Assembly (NCBI GenBank): GCA_030704615.1
Contig: CM060731.1
Location: 64,728,001-64,792,000 of the forward strand
Reading direction: 5' to 3'
DNA from: Takakia lepidozioides
Taxonomy: Eukaryota; Plantae; Bryophyta
Length of the DNA: 64,000 nt
Shown: piece after piece, positions 48,541-61,424 of the stretch
Layout of the letters: every line of letters begins with the position of its first letter
Numbering within the stretch: position 1 is the first letter of the stretch
Notes under the pieces: model-generated
Databases searched by the model: none
What the model was told of the DNA's origin: nothing
Seen by the model: the letters and a program-made list of their open reading frames with translations, nothing else
Made by a program: the position numbers and the translations under genes

Positions 48541-50040
48541 TTTTTTCTTTTTTTTCTTTTTTTTTGAGAACAGGGGACGGAGGCCCTGGGTCAACTTTAT
48601 TGCAAAAAGGTCAAACGGAACGGAGGAAAAAATAACCTCCGAGGAGAGCCGTAAAGGCGAATCCCACGGGGTAGTGGAAGGGGGTAGAATAGTTGGCGTG
48701 CCACACTTGAGCCAGAAACCTAGTTCTGTGGAGAATCAAGGAAAGACTAGCAATGAAACAGCTAGGGAAAACTAGGCGTCAAGCTACAAAACAAGAAGGG
48801 AAACCGGGAGCCCATGTCTGAACAGGGATCCACTACCCCCATACTGCACTAGGCCCCTAGCTGAACTTTCGATTTGTAAGAGCTCAGTTTTTGGTGGCGT
48901 CAATTGATGTCCGGTGCCTCAGACTCAGCTGGCGATTTGCCAAGCCCTGGGGATGTTGTCATTCCAAATGATTCGAGTGTCAGAGATCCTGGAGCAGAGG
49001 ATGTTGTCTTTAGCCCAGGTGATGACGAAGTCCGAGAACAGCTGTTGCCTCCTCCTTTCATTACACCTGCTGGAAGCTGCAAGCAAAATCATCCATGCCT
49101 TGTGGCCCTCAGTCATCAGATCTGCATAAATTTTGCAAAGAATCAGACTGATGTTGGGGCTCGTTCCCTCATTTTGCACCTAGCTTTCCAGATTGACCAG
49201 AGAGAGTAAGCTCTCAAATTTGCCCATATTGGGCAAGCATTCCAGTAGGACCCATTCTGCAGATTGAGAAGCAGCAGGTGGTCAGAGATGGGCGGCAGGT
49301 CCATCCAACTGGAGTGGAAAGCAGTGACATAGCTCCAGACCCTGGAGGAGACCTGGCAATGAAGGAGGCAGTGCTCAATTGTCTCATGAAACCCTCCTTG
49401 ACATGTCAAACAGTATGGATTTAGGTCTGTGATGGTTATGGCCACAGGTAAAATCTTGTTTGCTAATTTCCAAAGAAAAGCATCGACTTTTGCCGATCGG
49501 TGCTTGGCCCAGACATCCTTCTAGATCCTACTCCAGCCTTGCCTCGTCAAGTCTATATTCCATTTTGCATTCCACTTAGCAGCAAAGCAGTCCATTCTCC
49601 GGGATCCAGCTGCAGCCTGCTGAGAGGGAAGCAAAGTAATCAAATGAGGGTTATGTTTTTGGCCCAGCAGATCTATTCATCTCCAGGAGGGGGCCTGGGA
49701 TCTAGTGAGCCAGTTGCAAAATCAATGACTCTGATCCTCAAAGCTTCTTCAAGCGACAGTTCCCCGGCATCAACAAATTCTAGCTAACCTTGAAAGTAAG
49801 ATCCAACCAATTAGAGCCAAAATTTTCTAATGCTAGGATGGCAGTTTAGTCCAGGCCAGTCACAGTCCCAAACCAGCATAGAAGGTCGCTTTCAGCAGTG
49901 TCCCCCCCCCCCCCCCAGCAGCAGGGGTGTAACAAAAGAAACCCCTTGTTTGACATGATCCCAGCCATTGCGGATAGAAGAAGCAGTGAGGAGGGAGGTG
50001 AGTTTATTTTAGGCTCTTGTGAGTTGCGATACCTATAAAG
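48541..50040 (-). mobile_element. L1-clade LINE, 5'-truncated 3' portion with poly(A)
   Basis: zf-RVT-like CLTC..ETIEHCLLHC and LWSIWKARC. AATAAA-like signal at ~48600 (-) and A-tail at 48541-48565. Confidence 0.8.
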
Positions 50041-51166
50041 TTTAAAATCCACCTGCACTTATATCCTTAAACAAATCCAAATTTCGGGTGAGAACTCCCT
50101 GGGCCGATTGGCTTTTGAGTTGAAGGATAACTCTGGAGTCTAGTATCTCTATCGTCTTCTATTGGCATATTTGCAAAAACCACAATGTAAGCTTATTAGG
50201 CCATCTCCGGCCACCGTTGTACAGGAGGTGATGTGCTGTGAATCGTCAGTTTCAGGGCCCAGCGGTCTCTCTAAATTTAAAGAGATGAGCCACGGCTCTG
50301 TACCACATCTCCTCTCCCTTGTTTTCCGGGCCTAGGTTCTTTGGATTTGTTCACAAAATAGTATGTGTTTGTTGGAGGAAGAACATTGTCAAGAGCACCG
50401 GGCACCCCTAGTTGTATTTAAAGGCTTGGGTCCCACTATGAGCTGTAACATGAAGAGGGACGGGTGGGATTATTTGCGAAAATCAACAATAAAGCAATTG
50501 TCACTATCTAATAATTTGGGTTTACCGAGCCAATTTAAAGGCCTCTCATTTTATGATATTAGGGCCTTAATGCGCACCCGCAAGCTGACCGGTGGGCCCC
50601 GCACACAAACGCCCAGCTCCCCCACCCGCCGTTGCGTGCGGTCGCCCAGCCGCGGCTGCAGCAGCCGCAGCCCACAAGCCGCACTCGCGGCAGCCCCGCC
50701 TGCGCTCCGCCGCGGCCAGTCCGCTGCCCTCCAGTCTGCCAGCCCAGTGCTATCCAGTCCATTGCCCCACGTCTCCTCAGCCAGTCCCTTGCCATCCAGT
50801 CCGCCGACGGCGCCGGATCTGGACCGTCCATTTCAAAACCCATCCCAGCCCTCCTTTTTTTAGGGCTGGTGAACATGACAGGGCTGGCGGGGCGAGCTCT
50901 ACCGCCACCATCGTGCATATGCTTCCACTATTTTTGCCTTCTTGTTGTGCTTTAGGGAAGGTTAGGCTTTATGGTATGGTTGTATGTCATAAAATCGCTA
51001 CTGCCTTATCTGTCCTCCATATCGTCCTCTGCTTCTGATCCCTCATGATACGTTAACCCCTTCGTACTGCATCCGTTATGAGAGGCTTGGGCGAAAATTG
51101 CGGAAGCACACGCACGTGGGGGCGTGTATACATTGCAGTTTTTATATCGGACGATGGGAATGTTTA

Positions 51167-51340
51167 GGGGACCAAGTAAAATGGCTTGCAATGAGCGTGC
51201 AGAAGTATAGCGTGGTTCGGGGTTCAAACCCGCTACCTGACCCGTGTGTGGGATTGTTCGTGACGGTATGTCCCCATCCTCAAGGGCATGAATTGCACTC
51301 GGCTATCGCTCCTAGGTTTCCTTTGTATATATATATATTG
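51167..51340 (+). mobile_element. Candidate tRNA-derived SINE
   Basis: GGGGACC start, B-box-like GGTTCAAACCC at ~51222, (TA)n tail at ~51327-51338. Confidence 0.35.
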
Positions 51341-53254
51341 TAGTTTTAAAAACTTCTGTGACAATGAATCAGCCATTTGCTGTTGAAAGTTGATTTTGCT
51401 CGAGCTTCGAACTAATTCTAGTCCTACAAGTTTTCCAGTGTCATTTGTTTGCTCCATTTCCATGAAGTGGCTCTGAATATTAGCTCTTTTTAGTTGAGTA
51501 CGTACATATGTTGCCAACTTCTAGTATGATACCCCCTTGGGCTTCCTTGCCTATTATGTGCTTATGAGCATGATGTGGGATTCACCCTGGCACTATGTAC
51601 ATGCAAAGTTGACGGCTTGTGCTCCTTCTCATGGAATTGTTCTGTTTGAGTAGCGGGAATTCCTACCCCTCTTTAAATAAAATCTACACTTTTAGTTGAA
51701 CGGTAGCTGGTCATGTTTGAGCCTGTTGACTTCAGAGACCATCTTGGGTAATTTTGCAAGTACTCTGATGAAGAACTTCCACAGCACGTACGATATCCAG
51801 TTAGAGCATCTCCACGGTGCGCACGGCCCGTCAAAAGTTATATACCCTGGTTACAGGGGCGACGATATTTTTTACAAGGACTGGTTGGGTGACCCTCCAT
51901 GGTTGGGACGGTAGGAGACCCGGCAAAGATAGCCCCGAGGCAGGCCCACCACTCGATTACAATCTTGGTGCGGTGACCAAGGACATCATAACATTAGCTC
52001 AGAAATAACTCACAAATCTAATGAACCGTGGTTGGCGGGTCCCGGTATGATTGGCAAAAGTGTCGGGCGGGAGGTAGATTTAAGGCGGGGCCGGCAGCAA
52101 ATCTACTGGGCTGAGCCGACCATGGAGCAAGTTGCGCTATTTTTTTGGACCCGCGCCATTAGATTGTTGTTTTCGAGCAAGTGCCGTGGCACCGTGGAAA
52201 TGCTCTTACATTGAATAAACATGAATTCTTTGTAGTTGTTACTGTGAAATTGGTCTCCAAAGATGCCACTTTTGTAGAGGGGGGCTCATTGCATTCTCGG
52301 CTTTTAACCCCTATAGGACGAGCTATATTTGGGGGGTTTTGGACAAAACAGGTACATACCCGTAATCAACCAGCCGTAACTTCCTACCCACTGACATTCA
52401 CGTGGATGAACCGTATAGCCCGTCGTCACTACTGACATGACTGACAGTTTGGAAAATTTTCAGGTTTACCGTTGCAATTGGGAGATTATAGCAAAAGCAA
52501 AACACAAAAATTTAGAAAATGCAAAAACTTTGTGACAAAATTTGCTTTGACCATGCGTTTTTGGCAATTTCCAGATTTTTGTAGAGTGATTGGCCTCAAC
52601 ATTCATGTTCTGGACCACTCACCAGGTGCTCCCTGCAAATTTGAGGCTGATTCACCAAAAATAAAGGGGGGGTGTTTTGTATGTGAATTAGGGGGGGGGT
52701 AAGTCCATGCAAAATTGCTCAAGTGAGCCCAAGCCCCCCAAATGGCCACAAAAACAAATTGGACTGCAAATTCCATCAAGGATCGACCCCTCTGACCCTT
52801 CTAACCCCTCTGACCTTCATCATTCGGGGGATGCTAGAGTGTGAGCCTAGCCACGTGAGCCCAGGACACGTGGCATGATTTTGGGAAAGATGCGGCGTCT
52901 ATTTCCGTGGAAGAGGATCCATTACCGCAGAAACACGTCTTCATCCATATTAACCCTGCAACCCCAAACAGAAACCCTAACCCTTGTCAGCCTTAGGGAC
53001 CCACCTCGACCCCGACAGTGAACCTCGACATCCCGCCTATGTGCATGATACTGCGGCACTGACATCATCCATGGGACCATCCATGCATGCAACATTCATC
53101 CACAGTGTACATCCAATCGGGGTTCATCCATCCAAAAACATTCATCCTCCATCCATCCAACCAAATATTGGTGTGATGGCATATGTCGAATGACTGTCTA
53201 CTGGACTATGCACATATTCATCTCTGTTGAAAAATATTTATTGAATGCACAGGG

Positions 53255-55465
53255 TTGAATTGGAGAGCAATGTTTAGAAGGAAAACACTTTCAAATTCGC
53301 AGGACGCGGGGGAGAGAATGTTTCAATTCAGGGATGTGAATTTCATTGTAGTCCGTGCTCATTACAACGGATGGTGGGAAGAGCAATGGTTGTGCAACGG
53401 AAAATGGAGAGTGTGTCCCCTCATGTTCCATAAATGAATGCCCTCAAGTACATTCGTAGGTGGTGTCAACACTGCTACTGCTACCACCTGAAACTGCTGC
53501 ACTATCATCTATGAAGACCTTTGCGCGGAGGTGCCTGAGCGTCTTCCTGGAACTCCAACGCAAGGGTAGGGGAGAAAGCACAGCTGCTTGTAGATGAGCA
53601 ATGCCTTCCGCGTAATCAGGAAGAACATATATCATACAATCTGTCACGATGAGATGTCGCCGGGAGCTGGCAAGCTACTTGAAAGCCTCGGGGATGCGGA
53701 TTATCAAGACCTGGAACTGTGTCAACAGCCTATATCTGACGAAGGGGGATTGCCCAAGGCAGAAGGTGGGTTTCAAATACTTTGTTTTTATGCCTTCTCT
53801 GTTGAAGTTCCACTGTACTGACTGTTATGAAGTCATGCTGTTCGCACTGCCTGAATTGAGTGCTTCAGCGCACTCAGTTATGATGGTGCATGAGCAATGA
53901 CTCTCAACCAGTTCCATCCGGAATGGGTCTGCACTCCCACCCAAATGTGCTATGAAACATTCCTCACTAATTATTGTCCTCTTCATCGCAAACCCGTCTA
54001 TTTGAGGCCGTCTGTCTCGTGAGGGTACATCCACTGTCGACTCCTACCATAGTGGTGGAGTTCGAGCTTCATGGGGGAGGATGTTTCATAAACGAGAGGT
54101 TCGATCCTGTCGTCGACGACATGCACTACAACTATGTCGACTCCAACGTATATTTGCAAAAGCCAAATGGAACGCCTTGAAGAGGGGCCCGTGAAAAAAC
54201 CTCGGCTTTTATCCAAACGATCATTGAGAGTTGTTCTCGGCCAGGGGCCCGCATCATGGATCTCACTCTCGGCACAGGTTTCTCTTCTTGCCTTTGTCAT
54301 CGATTTCTTTTCTTCTGCACCTTCTTTACTCAATATTCTAAAACTCTAATTCCTTCAATCTGTCTCTTCAGACGCTTCTTACCATGCTTGCAAGGCAGGT
54401 GGCAGACACTTGTTTGGTATGGAAGGAGATGCAGATATTTTCACTGGCCTCCTCGCTGAGTTGCAAGGGGGCGCGTCTACCTCCAATGTCAAGGATGTCA
54501 CTGCGCAAATTGATATCCTCGATGGAGACGAAAAAAACCTGGACAATGACTTTTCATGTGAGTAAGTTCATTTTCTGTCTATTTGATCCCTGTGTATATG
54601 CTCTGTCGCGTCCCCTTCTGTTGTCTGATTGTTACCCAAATAGTGCATTTCTGATTGTAGGAATGTGAACGCACTCCCGTGGCCCCTGTCTTTCATATAC
54701 TTGAGGGACTTGTGCTGGAGCCCACCTCCTAATCAATAAAATAAAAATAAAAATAAAATAAATTCTTGGTTCCCTCTCCTCCCCCCACCCCCGGGAAAAC
54801 TGAGTGCGTCAACATACTCAATTTCTTCATGATCATGATTTCAGGATGATCATCGACGACAGGTGTGGGTCCGGATTTTCACGCCGGGTACCCAGCGGGT
54901 TTTGGCCCCCCCCCCCCCCCCCCCCCCCCCGAGAACTAAGTGCGTCAACACACTCAATTTTTTCATTATCATGATTTCAGGATGATCATTGACGAACTGG
55001 AGATTGGCAAGTTGGAGGACGCCGGCTTTCTTCTGCACTGATCTATGGCGTCGACTCTTGGTGGCCTTGCTGCTATGGTGCCTCCTCCAGACGATACTTC
55101 GCATCCCACAAGAAGGAATGGCAAAACAGTGCATCGGGTGGCTTCGGGGCCTGATCACGATGCGAAGGTGGAATCGCCAGACTACTTCACGCTCGGGTAA
55201 CAGGAACTATGGAAGTACCGTCACCTCGGTATGGACGGGTTTATACTTTGGTCACATCTGGGTCTGTTTTGCACGACAGGGCCTATCAGGTGACGGTGGG
55301 AAATTTTCCGGGGTGTACCTGTCCCGACTTCGTGTGCATGCGTGAGGAACCTCTAGGAAAAAGAGGGAAATGGGTTCCCTGCAAGCATCTTTACTACAAC
55401 TTTTTGCGCAGGATGTATTGTGATCCCAAAAGAGACCAAATCATTCACCAGGCGACACTAGGTCC
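53255..55465 (+). mobile_element. Degenerate SWIM zinc-finger gene, probably transposon-derived (MULE-like or related)
   Basis: YQVTVGNFPGCTCPDF...WVPCKHLYY (CxC..CxH SWIM) at ~55280-55400. Upstream exons are fragmented, so the 5' boundary is uncertain. Confidence 0.55.
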
Positions 55466-57245
55466 TGGTGAATGTCAGCAGGCTTTTGGGGAACTTACAT
55501 TGTCAGTAACAACTACACCTGTGCTGATTAACCCTCACTGGCATGTAGTATTTCATGTTCACTGTGATGCCTCAGGAGAAGCATTGGGAGCAGTGTTAGC
55601 CCAAAATGTTACAGGAAACATAGATTCATCTGTAACCTATGCTAGCAGGTTGATGAACAGTGCTGAAATGAACTATAGCACAACTGAAAGAGAAGCATTG
55701 GCAATGATTTATGCAGTCAAGAAATTCAGGCATTACTTATTGGGAAGGAAGTTCATGTTTTATGTGGATCATCAGGCTTTGATTTATCTGGTGAACAAGC
55801 CTTTGATAAGTGGCAGGATAGCACGATGGTTAATAATCTTGCACGAGTTTGAGTTCAAAGTTGTTTACAAGCCTGGCCGTTTGCATCTTGTGGCAGATCA
55901 CTTGTCACGCCTATCAAGAGGAGAGCCCGCCACGGGAGTAGACGACCAACTACCTGATGCGAGTTTATTTGCAGTGGAGGTGCAGGGAAGTGCAGATGAT
56001 TGGTTAGATTGGTAGTGGCCAATCACATACTACCTTACTCATGGTCAGTGCCCACCTAGTTATGGGAAGGAGCAGAGGAGGAGAATAGCTATCAAGGCTT
56101 TACCTTACACTATGGTAGGGGGCAGAATGTATAAGCTAGGACCTGATGGAGTTCTTAAACGATGTTTGTACCACCATGAAGTAAATACAGTTTTGGAGGA
56201 AGTTCATAAAAGAGTGGCTGGAGGTCATTTTGGAGAAGAGACTACCAGTAGAAAGATATTACTTGCAGGTTACTGGTGGCCTACTTTGTTCAAGGATGTA
56301 CACAAATATTGCAAGAGTTGTGATGAGTGTCAGAGGCTAGGACCATTGCAGAGATCTGGGAAGATGGCTTTGCATCCTACGATGCCTACTGAACCATTTC
56401 AGAATTGGGGACTAGACTTTGTTGGACCAATTAACCCACCAGCCATAAATACACAGAACAAGTATATAATCACAACCACTGATTATACTACAAAGTGGGT
56501 GGAAGCTAAAGCTCTGAGGGACAACATAGCTAAGTCCACAGCAAGGTTCCTATATGAGAACATCCTCAGAAGATTTGGCTGTCCCCTGGAATTTATTAGT
56601 GACCAGGGAAGTCACTTCATTAACGAGACTATAGAACTACTGACTAAAGAGTTCATGATTGTGCACAGGAAAAGTACAACCTATTACCCATAGGGTAATG
56701 GGCAGACAAAGGCCACAAACAAAATACTATGCACTATCTTGGCTAAGACAGTCAATGCGAACAGATTGGGATACAAAGCTTCTGACAGCTTTGTGGTCAT
56801 ACAGAACTTCATATAAAGTCACAACCAAGTATACACCATTCCAATTAGTTTATGGTATGGAAGCTTTACTTCCAGTGGAGTTCTTGTTACCTACCATGAG
56901 AACTGAATGGGGAAAGAGAATGGAATTGGAGGATTCAATTAAAGTCAGGAAACATGAATTATATCATGTGGAAGAAGTACGTGCTGATGCAGCAGATAAC
57001 ATGACTAGAATTCAGATGAAGAGGAAGGATCAATTTGATGAAGGTAAACTGAAAACTTTTAAGACGGGTGATTTGGTTCTGTGGTTGCAGAAGAAGGGGA
57101 ATATTAAGGCTTCTAAGCTTAAGTCACCATGGAAATGACCTTATGTCATACAGAAGATGTATGATAACAACACAGCCATGTTACAAACCATTAACAAAGA
57201 GATGCTGGGAAGAGTCAATGCCAATAAGTTGAAGGGATACAGTGG
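55466..57245 (+). mobile_element. Ty3/Gypsy (non-chromoviral, Athila/Tat-like) pol 3' half: RT connection, RNase H, integrase
   Basis: ECQQAF, HCDASGEALGAVLAQ, NYSTTEREAL, VADHLSR, GGHFG..CDECQ, WGLDFVGP, SDQGSHF, TPFQLVYG, KLKSPWK(G)PY. Contains stops and frameshifts. Confidence 0.92.
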
Positions 57246-57909
57246 TATCCATGACAAACCATTGCAGCACGATTTGCATATTGAAACACAGAAACAGTCA
57301 CGGGCTGCACCGGTAATACCAACGGAGCATGAAGCACTTGTCGTAGAGCCGAATGTGTATGGTCGGAGCGGAGAACACGAGTGTTCGCACAGTTATCACA
57401 ACCCATCACAGCATCACACAGCCTATCACAGCCCACCACAGTTTGACACAGTCTGTCACAGCCCAACACCGCCCACGCGGGTTGCATAGTCCATAGGGTC
57501 AGTGACAGGTGGACGCGGGTTAACGTCAGAAAAGTGGCCGGCAAGTGAAAGGACAGCTTGGAAGTCAGATTCGGAGAATGTGCCACGAGGACAGGGGAAG
57601 ACGGAGGCGTGTCTAAAAACGGACACGTGGCCACTAGGGCGAAGCACACCGCGGTGCATATATTACAAAAGTGGGTATCATCATGCAAGAGGACAAACTG
57701 AGCCGTCAAAGTACCTACCCGGTACATCAACCAAAACTATTTGTGGGCCCATTAATGTATTCAGGGCAAATGTAACGGAACCCTTTACGAGTATAGAAAA
57801 GGGGGGCTTTTGCCACATGTGCTGTCCTAGTGGACATTCCAAGTGAGAATGTCCACTGAGGGGGGTAAAATTAAGAAGTTACCCAAGGAGGCAACAGAGC
57901 AAGAATTTC

Positions 57910-59005
57910 ATGCAGGTGGTTCCTTCCAAGAAACAAGAACAAGAAATTAGAAGGGTTATGAGCGGAAGAGTCGGGGTGGCTCCGAATAACCAGTGTCTCG
58001 ACGGGAGGGGCAATCAAAGCTATAACTTTGTAGCTATGGCGGATATTACAGATTATACGCTCGCTTTACTTCTTACACAGTGGCGCAAAGACGGACGGGT
58101 TGAGAGTACATTCTCTCTCACTCGATACTTGCAAGCTCCACAAGCTTACATGCACTTACCCGTTGCTTTCTGTGCCAACCATACTTTTATGCTCTACGCC
58201 TTGCAAGCTTTCCTAGAGCTATTTCAAACAAGGCCATCTTGTTTGTCTGGAATGAAGAGAATTCGGGAAATGGAGGATGTCAGGGTGAAGAGCACCACGA
58301 TTCTGCAGAAGCAGACAATTGCTACATCTCAGGGTGTGCAGCTGTTGAAGGAGTTGCGATTGGAAGGACTGCTACGCAAGGAATGGTCTTTGCATCATAG
58401 GGCGTTCATGATACAATTCATTCAGAACTTTGAACCTCAGACGGGAGTTACACAAGTGAGGGGAGTAGATATAGAGATTACTCCCCAATATTTGCAGCAA
58501 TTGTTTGAATTGCCATCAGGCCGTGTAAATGTGGATGAGCACAGGGCAAGATTGCAGATAGGCAATTTGTTCCAAGAAGGGAGTTTCTTTAAGACTCGGG
58601 GATACACTTGCACCAAGGCCGAGTACCCAGGATTAAAAGAAGTTGGTCAGTTCTGAATGTTCTGTTTGCCATGAAACAGAACCAACAATACCTTAGCAGA
58701 TCATTCACGGAGGAGATACTGAAAGCCTTGAGGGGGAAGATGTGGCTTGGGTGGACTTAATGTACAATGGTTTGGTAGAAGAGATGAAGCGGTTACAAGG
58801 CACTGCTGCTAAGTCTCCAATCGTTGTGTCTGGCCCAGTGATTGCGCAAATTATTCTTGATTCTTGTATATTTGATGCGCGAGAACGTAAGGAGATGAGT
58901 GTCGCGGCCCTTTACCTCGAGAGCAGGGGGTCGGGACACATGAGGGGCTGCCCCTGTGGTGGGGGCAGCGGCAGCGATAGGTATGGGGGGCTGAAGCACT
59001 CTTGA
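57910..59005 (+). mobile_element. Gypsy additional ORF (Athila/Tat-type 3' ORF), frameshifted
   Basis: QFIQNF..TQVRGVDIEITPQYLQQLFELP resembles the EFYAN..VRG..I...LxLP motif of plant retrotransposon extra ORFs. Lies downstream of integrase in sense orientation. Confidence 0.55.
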
Positions 59006-59625
59006 GTGCCCAAGGCACTCAAGGAGGCGGAGGCGCTCACTAGGTGGAGCCCCGCACACCGGGTTGCGGTGGGGGTGGCTCCACAAGGGGTGGTGGTAGC
59101 TTAGCGGGACTTAGTGGGGGTGGCATAGGACTCACCATGGGGGCGGAGACCTCGTGGTGGGAGTTGTGGGGAGTCTTGGGACTCATCACGGTCCATAGGG
59201 GCCGTGGTGAGTGGGCCAAGACTCACCGCGACTCATCACCGGGAGTCGAGGGTTTTCGTGGTGGTTCGCCATGAAATGGCATGGCTGGTTGTGAAACCCC
59301 CGCGGATAGCTACAGAAGTATATATAGGGAGTAGTAACCCCGAGAACGGTGCAAGCCCATTGGTGACCAAAAACAAGTGAGTAAGCGGGCGAGCCGGAAA
59401 GCGACCAAAGAGTGGGGAGCTGTTCCGGACTGCCATCTACCAAAGGGAATTCCACTAGTCCCAAATAGATGGAGGGTTTAGTGGGAAGCGAAGGGGGGAC
59501 CGTTATGTCCCGGTGAGCAGCCGAAGCTCCAAGTTGGCCGGGCGGCCAGGTTGGGAGTCAGGCGCGCGCATCAAAGCGAGTATCTATGACTTGAAGGGGA
59601 GCTTACCGAAGGGAGGTGCGCGACA

Positions 59626-61420
59626 ATGAGACTATTTGAGGCAGCAACCACTGCAATTGAGGAGCAGGGCTCTTCACATGGTGAAGGTGGATTGGAGGAG
59701 CGGCACCAGTCCAAGAGACAAAAGAGAGACACGACTATAGTGGTAGATCCACTAGCTTCAAGAAAACCGCGAAATGATGATGTTTCCATAGCTCTTGTGC
59801 AAGATGGGGAACAACAGCACAGAGGGCTGTTATTACTGGAAGCATGACCTTTGGAGAGGGAAGAAGAAGTCACTTTGGTACCACAGCCATCACAGCCAGT
59901 TGACTCGGTTGTCTCAGAGGTCCCTCAGTTAGTACATGTTGTTGCACCAAAGTCTATTGCTCTGGAAGGAGAAGGGTTGGACTTTCCCACTACAGAGCAG
60001 ATTGTGGCAGAAATTGAAAAGGGTGACCTTCTCTATGAAAGCTCTGGCTTGGTCAGGGAACCAGTGATACCAGAGGTGCAAAGTTTGTCCAAGGAAATCC
60101 CTGTTGTGCATGTGACACCCAAACTTGTAGCGGAGGTTCCAGAGGTAGAATGTAAGGGCACTTCAGCGCCTGTGGAGAATGAGGTCGTTCAGGAAGAAGA
60201 TCTTGTGGGAACATGGCCTGAATGGTTGGTGAAACATCGCACTGTGGAGGATCAGGGAGAATAGCAGCAAGTTCACCATGAAGATCCACAGCAGGCCATG
60301 CTTATGAGTTCTATAAGCATGACACTCAATTTGTTGGGCACTTATTTGAAATCCCATGTTCCATCTACACAATTGGCAGCTTTGAGGGAGGAACTCAAGC
60401 AGGAGTTTGAGGCTAAAATTGCCACTGAGTGTGCAAATAAGGTGGATGTGGAGGCCAACCTCAAGTTGCAGAAAGAATTGGAGGACACCAAGGCTGCCCT
60501 GCAGCTAGCAAAGGGGAATCTGATTGAAGCGGGTCTGGAACAGGGGAAATTGCATGAAGCACATAAGCAGCAGCTATACCAATTGCAGGTGCAGCATGAG
60601 GGCAAATTGCAGGAAGTGAAGGTGCTTCATACAGAGTTGGAGATAGTTCATCAGAGAATGACCATACAATGTGCCACACTAACAACTGCTCTGGAGCAAA
60701 CTGCGTTAGAAGTTAACAGACAAGCAGAGAGATGTATGATGGCCAAGGCTGAGACAGTAGAGCAAAGAAAACTTATTGCTGATCTGAAGGCTACTCTCCG
60801 TCGCAATGAGGATACTTTCCAACAGTACAGTCAGGTTGAGGCTGAGAAAGAAAGGTTCATCCTGCAGTTGCAGCAATCACTCACGGGCCACAAAAATGAA
60901 CTCTCTGTGGCTAACAAGGCTTGGAAGGAATCCAATAATCTGGCTGCTGCCTATGCGGCCCTGGTTGAACCTCATGCGAAGCGCATGGAGGCTTTACAGC
61001 AGCAGTTAGATGTGTACAGACTCAAGGAGGAGCAGACTCTCAGGGGTGCTACACAGAACTTGGTGGATAATCATCTTATGCAAGTATGGTTAAACACAAG
61101 GGCCGGTGGAAGGGAAGGCACCACGAAAGCTCACTCAAGGGGAGATGAATGATCTCAGATTACACGTGCAAAACATTGTCACAATTACTATAGACAATGT
61201 CTATAGTAGGATAGCGGAGTTATAGGATGATGTGGAAGGCCTGCGAACTCAAGTGGATGACCTGAGTTCCAATATTGACAAAAAAGTCTTTGTTCCTGAG
61301 GAGCAGCTGGTGGCTACTTATTTGCATGCCAGGACTCTGATTTTCCAGTCTTCATCACATGAGGTGCAAGAGTTGCCAGCAGTAGGAGGGACAGCGGCGG
61401 CAATATCACCGCCGCTGTCC
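59626..61420 (+). mobile_element. Gypsy additional ORF: acidic region plus long coiled coil, with in-frame stops
   Basis: ORFs 59626-59847, 59851-60264 and 60298-61152 share one frame. The last is E/Q/K/L/A-rich with heptad periodicity. Confidence 0.55.
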
Positions 61421-61424
61421 CTCC

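Noticed and set aside
48496-48565. Bacterial rho-independent terminator
   Set aside because: The T tract is the L1 poly(A) tail on the minus strand in a plant nuclear context.
50363-51038. Overlapping GC-rich ORFs
   Set aside because: Low-complexity GC island open in several frames, with no domain signature.
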